Source: Narcine bancroftii (taxonomy: Eukaryota). From it: 64,000 bases of DNA. The translations under genes and the position numbers were made by a program. The first letter of the stretch is position 1. Each line of letters opens with the position of its first letter. Location: NCBI RefSeq assembly GCF_036971445.1, contig NC_091470.1:196230001-196294000 (forward strand), in the 5' to 3' direction. The notes beneath the pieces are model-generated. The model saw only the letters and a list, made by a program, of their open reading frames with translations. It was not told where the DNA came from and ran no database searches. Of the stretch, positions 38,508 through 50,875 are shown one piece after another.

Positions 38508-39860
38508 ATGGGCGGAGTAAGTAGCAAGGGAAACAGTCCTGAAGAAGGACGGGAAGATCAGATACCTAAACATAGTCCGTTAGGATTAATGTTATCTGAT
38601 TGGGGTGCGGGGAAAACCCGTGGGAAAGATACACAGACCATGGTCAGGTATTGCTGTCAGGAATGGGTTATGAATCCGATAAAAGGGAGTTCGGTATATT
38701 GGCCAAAGTTCGGATCCGACGAGGACTGGATGTGTCAGGCATTGAACATCTGGCTCTACCAAAATCAAGGAGGTAATACCAAGAGCAGAGAATATGCAGC
38801 CTGTTGGCTCAGTGGATCGTTTGATCAAATGATTTTGAGCGAAAGGGAATGTAAAAACAAGAAGGATGAGGAACCTTCTGCCCATGAAATACAAGGATGG
38901 GATGTGTTACATTCCCTTCCTCCACCTTATGTTCCCCTTGTGCCAGCTCCTATCTCCCCCCTCTCACCTACGCTTTACCCTTCTTTACCTTCCCCTCCTC
39001 CTCCACAGTTAGAGAAAGAAAAAGAAAGTAAGGGTGGTATGATGACCCGCTAACAAGTACAAGATTACTGCCTCAATTGACACGAGAGGGAGGAGACTTT
39101 GATTATGAGGGTCATTCAGAACAGTGTGAGACCCTTCAGGAGGGAAGGGCAGAACCCTTTGATTTGTCTCCCGGAAGGCAGGAACCTAAACATCATAGAG
39201 GAGGGGATAAGCCAGAAATTAACTGGATGAGACCTTTACGAGAGGTTCCCTTGGGAGGGGATGTGGGGGGTCTAGGGTTTGTAAATGTGCCTCTGACTAG
39301 TACGGAGGTGCGCAAATTTAAGCTGAATAGATTGTGTGCGGTCATGCAGCAATATGGGGGGGTTGGACATAGAATCCCCAGCAGGTGAACAGTTGGTATT
39401 GACGGGCTTTGTTACTAATTCAGCCCCAGATATCAGGAAGAAATTACAAAAGACAGAGAATTGGCATGAACAGGGAATAACACAGCTTTTACAGATCGCA
39501 CAAAGGACATACGTCCAGAGGTCTGAAGATAAACAGAAAGGAAAGGCAAAGATTTTGATGCAGACAGTCAAGGAAGTTGTGGAGGGACAGCAGGGAAATG
39601 TTAGGAGCTGTGTGCCAGCTCCTGGATGTTGGGAGGAGTGCCAGAAGTGGGGAAGTAGAGACCAGAGCAGAGGCAGGGGTAGAGGAGAATTCCGGGGACG
39701 ACGTCCATTCCCGGGAACCCGTGGAGACCCTGGTAGAAATTAGGAAACAGGAGCATTAGTTTGCTATTATTGTAAAAATGAGGGACACTTTAAGAGGGAA
39801 TGCCCAATGTGAGCCAGGGAGACACGATCTTACGCATTGATGGAGGAAGATTTTGAATAG
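38508..39860 (+). pseudogene. ERV-A gag (MA, PPPY late domain, partial CA, CCHC NC)
   Basis: MG start, WPKFGS, PPPY, CYYCKNEGHFKREC; ends TAG-GGG (readthrough-type junction); internal stops and a CA deletion. Confidence 0.88.
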
Positions 39861-41190
39861 GGGGGGTCACGGTTCTCAGTCAATACACACCGTGGGCCTG
39901 CAAAGAAAACCATTGGTAAATTTAAGCATAGGACCCCACAGTGACAAAATGACCTTTTTAGTAGATTCTGGGGCAGGCCAGTCTAGTATTTTACAACGGC
40001 CCGAGGGTGTAAAAACAGACAGGCAGATTAAGCTGCCAAACAGGCTGCACTCACAGAAAAAAATAGACATGCAGCTGTTACTCCCCACCCCACATGAGGT
40101 TAAAAAGACTCCCATCTTCTCACGGGAAGAGGAGGTTTATATGAAAGACCAGGGAATATGTCAAACTGCCGATGGGTTGTGGTGGACGGCAGGGGACGCC
40201 AAGTACTGAACAAAGCCTTGGCTCGTCAGATTATTGATCAGCTCCACCAGCAGACACGTTGGGGAACACAGGCACTTGTTGATGCTTTTGTACGGTCCTT
40301 TAATTGCTCAGTTATATACACCATAGCCAAGCAAAGTACTCGGGGGTGCCCAATCTGTCAGTGAGTGAATAAAAAAGTCATGCGCCAGGTAATGCCTGGC
40401 GGTCGCAATATAGCCATATGCCCGTTTCAACGAATACAGATTGACTTCACGGAATTACCTAAGATAGGGGTTTATAAATACCTCCTGGTGATGGTGGATC
40501 ATTTTACTCGATGGGTTGAGGCTTTCCCGACCCCTAATGATCGTACTAGCACCGTTATCTGGATATTACTAGAGTCTGTTATTCCGCGTTATGGCATTAT
40601 TCAAACCATTGACAGATCGAGGTACACATTTTACCTCTCAGGTACTCCAGGGTGTGTGTAAAATCCTGGGAATAGATTGGCAGTTACATACCCCATGGCA
40701 CCCCCAGAGTTCAGGCTGTGTTGAACAGGACCCTGAAAAATCAACTCACTCGACTGGCCTCTCCTGGATTAAATGCTTACCCTTAGCTTTAATCAGGACT
40801 CGCAGAGCTCCTCGTAAGGACCTTGCTGTCTCACCATAGGAAATGATGTTTGGTCTTCCTTACATGGGATTCCACACTGATACCCCTACCCTTGAGGCTA
40901 ATGACCAGTACATATCTAAATATTTACAGGGACTTTCTACTTCTCTATATGACTTAAGACAGACTTAAGACTTAAGTCTCTATATGACTTAAGACACTTA
41001 AGCTCAAAACCCACCCCTGGACTATCCTATTCATTCTATTAAACGTGGTGTTTGGGTATATGTAAAAGCGTGGCAAGACCATAAACTAAAATCGATATGG
41101 GACGGCCCTTATTGTGTACTTCTGATTACAGACACTGCAGTGCGAACAAAAGAAAAGGGGTGGACTCACATACAACGCATTAAACAAGCT
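39861..41190 (+). pseudogene. ERV-A pol remnant (protease N-terminus and integrase; RT deleted)
   Basis: FLVDSGA; GCPICQ; IQIDFTELP..VDHFTRWVEAFP; DRGTHF; HTPWHPQSSG; WDGPY..GWTH. The last IN codons resume at 46370. Confidence 0.88.
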
Positions 41191-42463
41191 TTTTTCTTTT
41201 TCTTTGGCCTGGCTTCGCGGACGAAGATTTATGGAGGGGGTAAATGTCCACGTCAGCTGCAGGCTCGTTGGTGGCTGACAAGTCCGATGCGGGACAGGCA
41301 GACACGGTTGCAGCGGTTGCAGGGGAAAATTTGTTGGGTGGGGTTGTGTGTTGGGTTTTTCCTCCTTTGTCTTTAGTCAGTGAGGTGGGCTCTGCGGTCT
41401 TCTTCAAAGGAGGTTGCTGCCTGCTGAACAGAGAGGCGCCAAGATGCACGGTTTGAGGCGATATCAGCCCACTGGCGGTGGTCAATGTGGCAGGCACCAA
41501 GAGATTTCTTTAGGTAGTCCTTGTACCTCTTCTTTGGTGCACCTCTGAAATGATGGCCAGTGGAGAGCTCACCATATAACACGATCTTGGGAAGGCGATG
41601 GACCTCCATTCTGGAGACGGGACCTACCCAGCGGAGTTGGATCTTTAACAGCGTGGATTCGATGCTGTCGGCCTCTGCCATCTCGAGTACTTCGATGTTA
41701 GGGATGAAGTCGCTCCAATGAATGTTGAGGATGGAGCGGACACAACGCTGGTGGAAGCGTTCTAGGAGCCGTGATGCCGGTAGAGGACCCATGATTCAGA
41801 TCCGAACAGGAGTGTGGGTATGACAACGGCTCTGTATACGCTTATCTTTGTGAGGTTTTTCAGTTTGTTGTTTTTCCAGACTCTTTTGTGTAGTCTTCCA
41901 AAGGCGCTATTTGCCTTGGCGAGTCTGTTGTCTATCTCGTTGTTGATCCTTGCATCTGATGAAATGGTGCAGCCGAGATAGGTAAACTGGTTGACCGTTT
42001 TGAGTTTTGTGTGCCCGATGGAAATGTGGGGGGGCTGGTAGTCATGGTGGGGAGCTGGCTGATGGAGGACCTCAGTTTTCTTCAGGCTGACTTCCAGGCC
42101 AAACATTTTGGCAGTTTCCGCAAAACAGGACGTCAAGCGCTGAAGAGCTGGCTCTGAATGGGCAACTAAAGTGGCATCGTCTGCAAAGAGTAGTTCACGG
42201 ACAAGTTTCTCTTGTGTCTTGGTGTGAGCTTGCAGGTGCCTCAGATTGAAGAGACTGCCATCCGTGCGGTACCAGATGTAAACAGCGTCTTCATTGTTGA
42301 GGTCTTTCAAGGCTTGGTTCAGCATCATGCTGAAGAAGATTGAAAAGAGGGTTGGTGCGAGAACGCAGCCTTGCTTCATGCCATTGTAAATGGAGAAGGG
42401 TTCAGAGAGCTCATTGCTGTATCTGACCCGACCTTGTTGGTTTTTGTGCAGTTGGATAACCAT

Positions 42464-42564
42464 TTTTTTTTTTTTTTTTTTTTTAATTTTTTTTTTTTTC
42501 ACACCATAAATCACAATAGCCATGATATACACTTTTTCTTTTCCACACATTTACAGTGACTTTT
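42464..42564 (-). mobile_element. Extremely 5'-truncated L1 (101-bp 3' tail) inside the RTE
   Basis: Perfect 15-bp TSD CAGTTGGATAACCAT (42449-42463, 42565-42579); long poly(A); similar to the L1 3' end at 28045-28140. Confidence 0.9.
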
Positions 42565-44799
42565 CAGTTGGATAACCATGTTGAGGAACTTTGGGGGGCA
42601 TCCGATGCGCTCTAGTATTTGCCAAAGCCCTTTCCTGTTCACGGTATCGAAGGCTTTGGTGAGGTCAACAAAGGTGATGTAGAGTCCTTTGTTTTGTTCT
42701 CTGCACTTTTCTTGGAGCTGTCTGAGGGCAAAGACCATGTCAGTAGTTCCTCTGTTTGCGTGAAAGCCGCACTGTGAATCTGGGAGAACATTCTCGGCGA
42801 CACTAGGTATTATTCTATTTAGGAGAATCCTAGCAAAGATTTTGCCTGCAATGGAGAGCAGCGTGATTCCCCTGTAGTTTGAGCAGTCTGATTTCTCGCC
42901 TTTGTTTTTGTACAGGGTGATGATAATGGCATCACGAAGGTCCTGAGGCAGGTTTCCTTGGTCCCAACAAAGCTTGAAAAACTCATGCAGTTTGGCATGC
43001 AGAGTTTTGCCGCCAGCCTTCCAGACCTCTGGGGGGATTCCATCCATACCTGCTGCTTTGCCACTTTTCAGTTGTTCAATTGCCTTATATGTCTCTTCCC
43101 GGGTGAGGACCTCATCCAGCTCTAGCCTTAGGGGCTGTTGAGGGAGCTGGAGCAGGGCAGAATCTTGGACTGAGCGGTTGGCACTGAAAAGAGATTGGAA
43201 GTGTTCTGACCATTGGTTGAGGATGGAGATCTTGTCGCTGAGGAGGACTTTGCCGTCTGAGCTGCGCAGCGGGCTTTGGACTTGGGGTGAGGGGCTGTAC
43301 ACAGCCTTCAGAGCCTCGTAAAAACCCCTGAAGTCGCCAATGTCTGCACTGAGCTGGTTTCGTTTGGCGAGGCTAGTCCACCACTCATTTTGGATCTCCC
43401 GGAGTTTGCGCTGAAGATGGCTGCATGCACGACGGAGGGCTTGTTTCTTCTCTGGCCAGGACGGCTTTGTAAGGTGAGCCTGGTGGGCAGCTCGCTTCTT
43501 TGCCAGCAGCTCCTGGATTTCCTGGCTGTTTTCATCGAACCAGTCCTTGTTTTTCCTGGAGGTGAAGCCCAGTACCTCTTCAGTGGATTGCAGTATGGTA
43601 GTCTTCAGCTGATCCCAGAGGGTTTCAGGGGACGAGTCCGTGAGGCGGATTGCATCCTCGAGCTTTGCTTTGAAGTTTGCCTGGAAGTTTCCTCTCACTT
43701 CGTCTGACTGCAGGTTTCCAACATTGAACCTCTTTCTGGGGGTTTTACTGTTGGCTTGAAGTGAAGGTTGAGCTTGCAGCGAACCAGCCGGTGGTCAGTG
43801 TGGCATTCCGCGCTGGGCATGACCTTGGTGTGGAGCACATCTCGTTTGTCTCTTTCTCGCACCAGGACGTAGTCCAGGACATGCCAGTGTTTGGATCGGG
43901 GATGCATCCAGGTAGTCTTCAGGCTGTCCCTCTGCTGAAAAAGGGTGTTTGTAATGACAAGCCGCTGTTCTGCGCAGAGCTCCAACAGGAGGCGCCCATT
44001 GTTGTTGCACTTGCCGACACCATGCTTGCCCAGGATTCCTGGCCAGGTTTCTGAGTCTTTGCCGATGCGAGCGTTGAAGTCGCCAAGGATGACAACCTTG
44101 TCGGCTGTAGGGGTGCATTGAATGAGGTTGCACAGGTCAGAACTTGTCCTTTTCTGCTGGTTCCGCCTGGAGGGTTGAAACATAGACACTGATGAGGGTG
44201 ATGCGACGCTTGTTTTGAAGGGGGAGTCGCATGGACATGATCCGGTCCGAGTGGCCTGTCGGGAGGTTTTCGAGTTTGGAAGCAATGGAGTTCTTGACCA
44301 TGAAGCCTACACCAGATAGGTGTCGTTCATCCATAGACTTGCCAGACCAGTAGAGTGTGTAGCCCGCGCTGCGTTCTTGGAGGCTGCCTACATCTGCAAG
44401 GCGGACTTCACTGAGAGCGGCTATGTCGATGTCAAGTCTGAGGAGTTCATGTGCAATGAGGGCAGACCGACGTTCAGGTCTGTCGGCCTTGTCTAGCATG
44501 GTTCTGATGTTCCAGCATGCTAGCTTGAGTTTGTGAGCATCTTTTGAGGGGGAGGATGTGGAGGGGGAGGACGTGGAGGGGGAGGACGTGGACCTGTCGT
44601 CGGGCCTGCGCAAAGGAGCTTTAAGGTGGAGTGCAGTGCGCGCAGTACTGGCTGCACCCTTTACACCCATGGTTCGTGGCCAAGCAAGCTGGGATGTGGC
44701 AGCGAGGTCCTTGGGTCGTAGGTTTTATATCGGAGTGGCCTTCTCCTATGCAGGTTTCTTACCCGGGCTGGAGGGGCCTGCCTCCCCTCCTAGGTCGGA

Positions 44800-46032
44800 C
44801 CATACTGCCCAGTCCGGGGCCGAGGCCGCCGCTGCTTTTCCTGTGCCCGGACTGGGGCCGCCGCCTCCTACTTTCTGCCCGGACCGGGGCCTCTGCCTGC
44901 CTCACTCGACCGAGGCTGGAGCTGCCGCCTCCCCTTTCACTCTTGCCCAGATCGGGGCCGCTGCCGCCTACCCTCTGCCCGGACCGGGTCGGGGCCGCCA
45001 CTGCTTTCCCTGTGCCCGGACTGGGGCCGCCGCCTCCTACTTTCTGCCCGGACCAGGGCCTCCGCCTGTCTCACTCGACCGAGGCCGGAGCTGCCGCCTC
45101 CCCTTTCGCTCTTGCCCGGATCGGGGCCGCCACTGCTTTTCCTGTGCCCGGACTGGGACCGCCGCCTCCTACTTTCTGCCCGGACCAGGGCCTCCGCCTG
45201 TCTCACTCGACTGAGGCCGGAGCTGCCGCCTCCCCTTTCGCTCTTGCCCGGATCGGGGCCGCCGCCGCCTACCCTCTGCCCGGACCGGGTCGGGGCCGCC
45301 ACTGCTTTCCCTGTACCCGGACCGGGGCCGCCGCCTCCTTCTTTCTACCCGGACCGGGGCCTCCGCCTGCCTCACTCAACCGAGGCCGGGGCCGCCGCTT
45401 CCCCTTCGCTCTTGCCTGGATTGGGGCCGCCGCCTCCCCTTTCACTCTTGCCCAGATCGGGGCCGCTGCCGCCTACCCTCTGCCCGGACCGGGTCGGGGC
45501 CGCCACTGCTTTCCCTGTGCCCGGACTGGGGCCGCCGCCTCCTACTTTCTGCCCGGACCAGGGCCTCCGCCTGTCTCACTCGACCGAGGCCGGAGCTGCC
45601 GCCTCCCCTTTCGCTCTTGCCCGGATCGGGGCCGCCACTGCTTTCCCTGTGCCCGGACTGGGACCGCCGCCTCCTACTTTCTGCCCGGACCAGGGCCTCC
45701 GCCTGTCTCACTCGACTGAGGCCGGAGCTGCCGCCTCCCCTTTCGCTCTTGCCCGGATCGGGGCCGCCGTCGCCTACCCTCTGCCCGGACCGGGTCGGGG
45801 CCGCCACTGCTTTCCCTGTACCCGGACCGGGGCCGCCGCCTCCTTCTTTCTACCCGGACCGGGGCCTCCGCCTGCCTCACTCAACCGAGGCCGGGGCCGC
45901 CGCTTCCCCTTCGCTCTTGCCTGGATTGGGGCCGCCGTCTGCCTCACTCGACCAAGGCCGGGGCCGCCGCCTCCCCTTCACTCTTGCCCTGATCGGGGCT
46001 GACACCGCCTACCCTCTGCCCGGACCGGGGCA
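44800..46032. repeat. GC-rich tandem array in the RTE 5' UTR with a 505-bp higher-order duplication
   Basis: About 30-40 bp units cored on GGGGCCGCC; near-identical translations at 44937-45302 and 45442-45807. Confidence 0.92.
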
Positions 46033-46035
46033 CTA

Positions 46036-46361
46036 TCCTTAAACAAATACTTATTATACACTACTATGATACACGATCCTTAAACAAATACTTATTATAC
46101 ACTACTATGATACACGATCCTTAAACAAATACTTATTATACACTACTAAAGCAAATAACTATAACACAATGTACCCTATTCTATTTGGCCAAGTGTCTAC
46201 ACTAGTATCTTGAGATCTCTACTAGGGGCCTCTAACCCCGTTTTCTACAGGGGACTCTAATCCCCGTTTCTACAGGGGACTCTAACCCCCGTTACCTACA
46301 GGGGACTCTAACCCCCGTTCCTTAAAGGGGACTCTAACCCCCGTTACCTACAGGGGACTCT
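46036..46361. repeat. 41-bp AT-rich tandem repeat (about 2.7 copies) plus about 26-27 bp ACAGGGGACTCTAACCCCCGTT repeat (about 6 copies)
   Basis: Direct inspection; both arrays lie inside the RTE TSD. Confidence 0.88.
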
Positions 46362-46470
46362 AACAAGCTAATCCACGGACTAAAGACGTTGACAATATAC
46401 CCTCCACCTGGCGTCCAGTCTCGCATCCTTCTGGTCTGAAAGTTACGCTACGCCGGGAAAACGTGCTGTA

Positions 46471-47495
46471 ATGTTATTTTTATTATTTGCTGTATTGTTT
46501 TTCTGCTGGTTCCCAATTTTTGTGAAACCACCCAATTGTACACAATGTATTAAGTCCTCCTGGAATAGGGACAGCAGAGGTGATAATTACTTTGAGGAAT
46601 GGACAAGTTTACCTTTAGAATGCAGACAGGCCACAGGTATAGAGTGTATTCATAGTGGGGTACCTTATTTAATATGGTTTAATTTAGGATCCCAACATGG
46701 ACCAGGGAAACAGAACTGCCCTAGGGGAGTGGATTGGGTTTGCGTCCCGGCCTCTACAGATATTAAAGAGATGAGTGCTAAAATTATTGTACAAAGAAGA
46801 TGGTGGGAAAATGATAGGTAGAACATTAGTCAGGGCTATACCTGGAGTAGGGATAAAGGGGGTATATATGCTAATGCTCACAGACAAGCTGCTACTCACA
46901 GGTTAGGTAACAATAAACGCTCCCCCCAACTTGGCATCTTGTAAATCATCCTTTGGGTCACGAATACATTCGGAAGGCTAAAGGCCATCACCATAAGGAG
47001 GATTCTAGTTGTAAACGGCTCAAGCTGCTCCAGAATACCACAGCTGTTTGGCATTTAAATCGTTTAATCAGACTCCAGGCAGTTTTAGAGATTATAACCA
47101 AACAGACAGCGACAGCCTTGGATTTATTGGCTGAAGAACAACGACAGATACAAGCTACTGCTTATCAAAACTGCCTGGCTCTCGATTACTTGTTGGCTCC
47201 TGAGGGTGGCGTTTGTGCAAGATCGATTGATGACAACGGTCACAATGGTCAGGCGTTTGAACTTTTTACTGGTGACTGGAGGTGGATACACACAGCCCTT
47301 ATAGCAGTTGGACTCGTTATTTTAGCCATCATGATACTTCCCTGCCTAATGACTTGTGTGCAGTGTTTAATTCAACGGACCCTTCATCAGATCACTACAA
47401 CCCAAAGGATGTCTGTTTCCCAAACTCCATCTGATGATGCTGAGATTGCAGTTCGTTTGCTGACTCGCTGGGAAAAAGACCAAGCTTCCAGTTGA
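46471..47495 (+). pseudogene. ERV-A env remnant (signal peptide/SU start and TM with immunosuppressive domain)
   Basis: Hydrophobic leader plus CTQC; [33 protein letters not shown] and membrane anchor; large internal deletions. Confidence 0.88.
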
Positions 47496-48836
47496 GAATT
47501 TACTAAGTGTAGCTAAAGAAAAAGTGTGGATTGTGAGAGATAATAGAATATAGGAAGTAAAGCTAGTATGAATGAAATAACGAATACTAGACTAGTTAAA
47601 TAAGTGCTGAGTCGGGATGAATTCCGATAAGAGTGTGAGGAAGGGTTACGCAAGTATAATAGAATAAGGGTCATATAGTGATAGAAAAAATTAGCAAGTT
47701 CTGATATAGAATTAGTAAGTCCTGGGGGTTGAGATGTGTGAATAAGGACAAAGGCAGATTCATGAATAAGGACAATGACATGATGGGACAGGATACCCCA
47801 TGGTCTTTCAAGTTTAGAAACTGCATGTAGGCAGACAAAAATTACCAAATACCAAACCAATCCAGAAAGCAGAAGAATGTTAGGGGGGAAAGGGTACCTC
47901 TACACTGAAATGAACTGTATAAAAGTTGGGTGAGCCCCAGTATGTGTGTGCATTCCCATGGTAAGGGGAAGCACCCAACTTTGCACTGTTGTACAATAAA
48001 TGTTCTTTGTTCTCAATTTTTGTCTCGAGCGAAATCTGTGAAGGTACTTCTGTTTCTCACATAGCTTTGCTTTTTCTTTACTTTTTAAAAACTTTTCTGG
48101 AGTATGTTTTTACCGGTCACTACTCCATCATGTGACTGACCTCGATGGAAGCTCTTTTCAAGAGTTTTGCCAGAGAGCACAGAAAGGTCACTCCTGGATT
48201 GTTTACCTCCAATAACAACAGATGGGAGAAGAAGAAAGAACTCTGCCGTTTGTTGGAGAAGGTGGGGGTTTTGCAAGACATGGGTCATATGCTCTCTTTG
48301 GAGTTTCAGTTGGAAGAGAGAGAGAGTGTTGAGTTAACAGCTCAGTTAGTCAGTCAGTGTATGGGACACTGACAAGTAACTGAAAAGTGCAATCCAGGGA
48401 AAACTGTTTGAAACTGATAAAAGCAAGTTTCAGAGCAGTAGATGGCTGGAAGGGCTATCTGTCTGATGTTTCTCTTGAAATAGAGGAAGGAATGGAACTC
48501 TGTGGTAGCTTGAAGAAAGAGGTTACCATCTAGAAAACCCTGATGGGGCAAGTTTTATCAACGAGACCCTGAGGTGACTAGTGGGTTAAATTAATTTAAC
48601 CCTGTTAGAGCACCAGCCCGCTGGGTTCGAATCCGGCCCTGTCTGTACATTCTCCCCCGTGCCTGCATGAATTCCCCCGCCCCCCCAGGACAGGGGCTCC
48701 AGTTTCCTCCCACCTTTCAAAATCGTTCAGGGGTTGTAGGCCAATTGGGTGCAATTGAGCGGCAAGGGCTCGCGGGCCGGAAGGTGCTGTCACCACGCTG
48801 TACATCTTTGGACAGAAGTGGGGATACAGGGCTCAC

Positions 48837-48848
48837 CTCTCACTGTCA
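48837..48848 (-). CDS. Displaced 3' end of the PILR-like V exon (..L-T-V-R, phase 1)
   Basis: Removing ERV-B and one TSD copy restores ACC CAT CTG ACA GTG AGA G/GTGAGC, i.e. GTHLTVR plus a donor site. Confidence 0.88.
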
Positions 48849-49917
48849 GATGTGTTAGAAATTAAAGTACCTTTAAAGAAATTGCTCGAGACAAAAATTG
48901 AGAACAAAGAACATTTATTACTACAACAATGCAAAGTTGGGTGCTTCCCCTTACCCTGGGAATACACACACATACTGGGGCTCACCCAACTTTTATACAG
49001 TCAATTTCAGTATCAGAATGCCCTCCCCCTTACATTCTTCTGCCCCCCTGGATGGGTTTGGCATAGGTAATCCTTCCTGCCTACGTGCAGTTTCAGTACA
49101 CTTGGAGGACCAGGGGGTATCCTGTGGGTGCCCCATCATGTCATTGTCCTTATTCACACCTTCCTGATTCTCTGGGCTACAGTCTCTTAATATGCAGAGT
49201 TGACTCATTCTATCTAGGGTTGGCTAATTTCATATGTATAAATCTGTGTATGGTTAGCTAATTAGAAATGTATGACTTGGTACTTCTGTCCAGGGCTAGG
49301 AGACCCTTATCTGATCCAGACTACCTCAACTTCCTACATTCTATTGTACCTTACCATTCCTTATCTTAGTGCTATGGTCTTGTCACAAAGACTAGAAGAT
49401 TCTTATGTTAATCGTGCTGACTCTGCTTTCCTGCATCCTAAGCCCCAAGCTTATCCTGTTTGAACTGGTTACAGCCATTTTACTGATGAACTTTAGTTTC
49501 TTCCATGTTCATAATTTTAGATCAATTTTCCCATCTCTCACAATCCTCACTTTTCTTTTAGATCAGTAATATTGATCTTTCACCATGATCAGTGTTACTG
49601 ATCTTTGGTTACTAGTGTCAGTGTGACTGATCCCCCCCCCCCTTTCCTCACTTTTCTTTTAGATCAGTAACACTGATCTTTCAAGTGTAAGGTGTAGTTT
49701 TACCCAGCTGGTCAATAACCGAATTGTAATGTCTGTGTAAAGTCTTTAGGTAGGGGAGCACCATGAAGGTCAGGGGAGTGAGTCCAGCTGCTTATTAGGG
49801 TTTGGAGTATCAGGCTCCAGTTCTCAGTAAAGAGTCTAGTCCATCCCATACGTTGAAATATTGAAGCAGTGTCTTTGAAGCACACGACCTTTGTAAGTGT
49901 TGTCCCGACGAAGTCTG

Positions 49918-50034
49918 TGAGAAGCGCTGCCTTCAGCAGCGAACGAGTAGCAGTCTATGAGAAGCGCTGCCTTCAGCAGCGAACGAGTAGCAGTCTATGA
50001 GAAGCGCTGCCTTCAGCAGCGAACGAGTAGCAGT
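49918..50034. repeat. 40-bp tandem repeat (about 3 copies) in the ERV-B env region
   Basis: GAAGCGCTGCCTTCAGCAGCGAACGAGTAGCAGTCTATGA repeated. Confidence 0.9.
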
Positions 50035-50624
50035 AGTCAGGCGATTCCGTTTGATTGTGGCTCGTATCTGATGTCCTCTTCAGCCCCGAACCCTAGGGCC
50101 ACCGATCTCCGAAGGCTGTTTGGAGCCTGATATTAAAGTGTCAAGCAGCTCACGTTGTTGGAAACTGGTGCTCCCTTTCATGGGGTGATGAAAAGTGACC
50201 AAGCAGGGGGGGATTGTTTCTTGTGATTTAACTGTGTGTTGCAGCTTGTCTGCTAACATTAGCATATATATCATTGAACTTGTGAGTTGCAGCCTGTCTG
50301 TGTACATTAGCATATGTATTAACTCTCTCTCTCTCTGTTACATGTACAATCCTGACTACCATTCTGTCTGTCTTTGTCCCACCATGTCCTTTGTGCTATC
50401 GCTTCAAAACTCCTGTCTTTAATACCTGTGTAGGCTATGATACAAATTAGATGTACTCCACTAAAGCTGTTTAATTCCCCTGGTCCGTATTGGGATCCCT
50501 TATATCCCATTATGACTATACATTAAATCTATGCCCTGTCTACATTCTAAAGGAGCTGAATTGTAACCTCTGCTGCCCCTATTCCAGGGGGTCTTAAAAC
50601 ATTAACGAACAATATTCCAAAGAA

Positions 50625-50870
50625 ATTAGTAAACAACAATGAACAATACATGTAAAGCTCATTAAAAACTGCAATAAAATACAATAAGAACTGAATAAAA
50701 CACAATAAATGTAAAGCTCATTGAAAACTGCAATAAAATACAATAAGAACTGAATAAAACCACAATAAATGTCAAGCTCATTGAAAACTGCAATAAAATA
50801 CAACAATAACTGAATAATCAAAAGACAAGTAAAATACAACAATAACTGAATAATCATAAAAAAAAACAAG
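50625..50870. repeat. About 60-bp AT-rich tandem repeat at the ERV-B env leader
   Basis: AAAGCTCATT.AAAACTGCAATAAAATACAA.AA.AACTGAATAA repeated about 3-4 times. Confidence 0.8.
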
Positions 50871-50875
50871 TAACA

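Larger units (their letters stand above)
41191..46361 (-). mobile_element. RTE (BovB-like) LINE, full span, with long tandem-repeat 5' region
   Basis: 8-bp TSD AACAAGCT (41183-41190, 46362-46369); endonuclease and RT motifs (NYRGITLL, FVDLTKAFD, KQGCVLAP, LFADD); A-rich 3' tail; several frameshifts. Confidence 0.93.
33972..48061 (+). mobile_element. Class I (gamma/epsilon-like) endogenous retrovirus ERV-A, defective, with nested LINEs
   Basis: 4-bp TSD TAGC (33968-33971, 48062-48065); 5' LTR 33972-34404 (R/U5 end lost), 3' LTR 47532-48061 preceded by a polypurine tract; gag, pro, IN and env remnants. Confidence 0.93.
28045..48143 (-). mobile_element. Apparently full-length L1 LINE (about 6 kb) with an ERV inserted in its 5' UTR
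   Basis: Poly(A) tail at 28045; 16-bp TSD with one mismatch GATGGAAG[G/C]TCTTTTC at 28029-28044 and 48144-48159; ORF1 and ORF2 remnants. Confidence 0.92.
27821..48585 (+). mobile_element. LTR-like element (family A relative) split by the L1 insertion; pieces 27821-28044 and 48144-about 48585
   Basis: TGTAAC start and GGTCACATACA..CAC..TTTAAAACAG block on the left; GGAACTCTGTGGT..AAAGAGGTTA..AAAACCCTGATGGGGCAAG block on the right. Confidence 0.65.

Noticed and set aside
44558-46042. Pro-rich ORFs of up to 362 aa
   Set aside because: Translations of the GC-rich tandem array.
46036-46361. Short direct repeats resembling a CRISPR array (also 49918-50034)
   Set aside because: Head-to-tail repeats without unique spacers, eukaryotic context, no cas genes.
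46471-47495. Env as a co-opted syncytin-like gene
   Set aside because: Split by stops and large deletions; fusion peptide and CX6CC motif incomplete.
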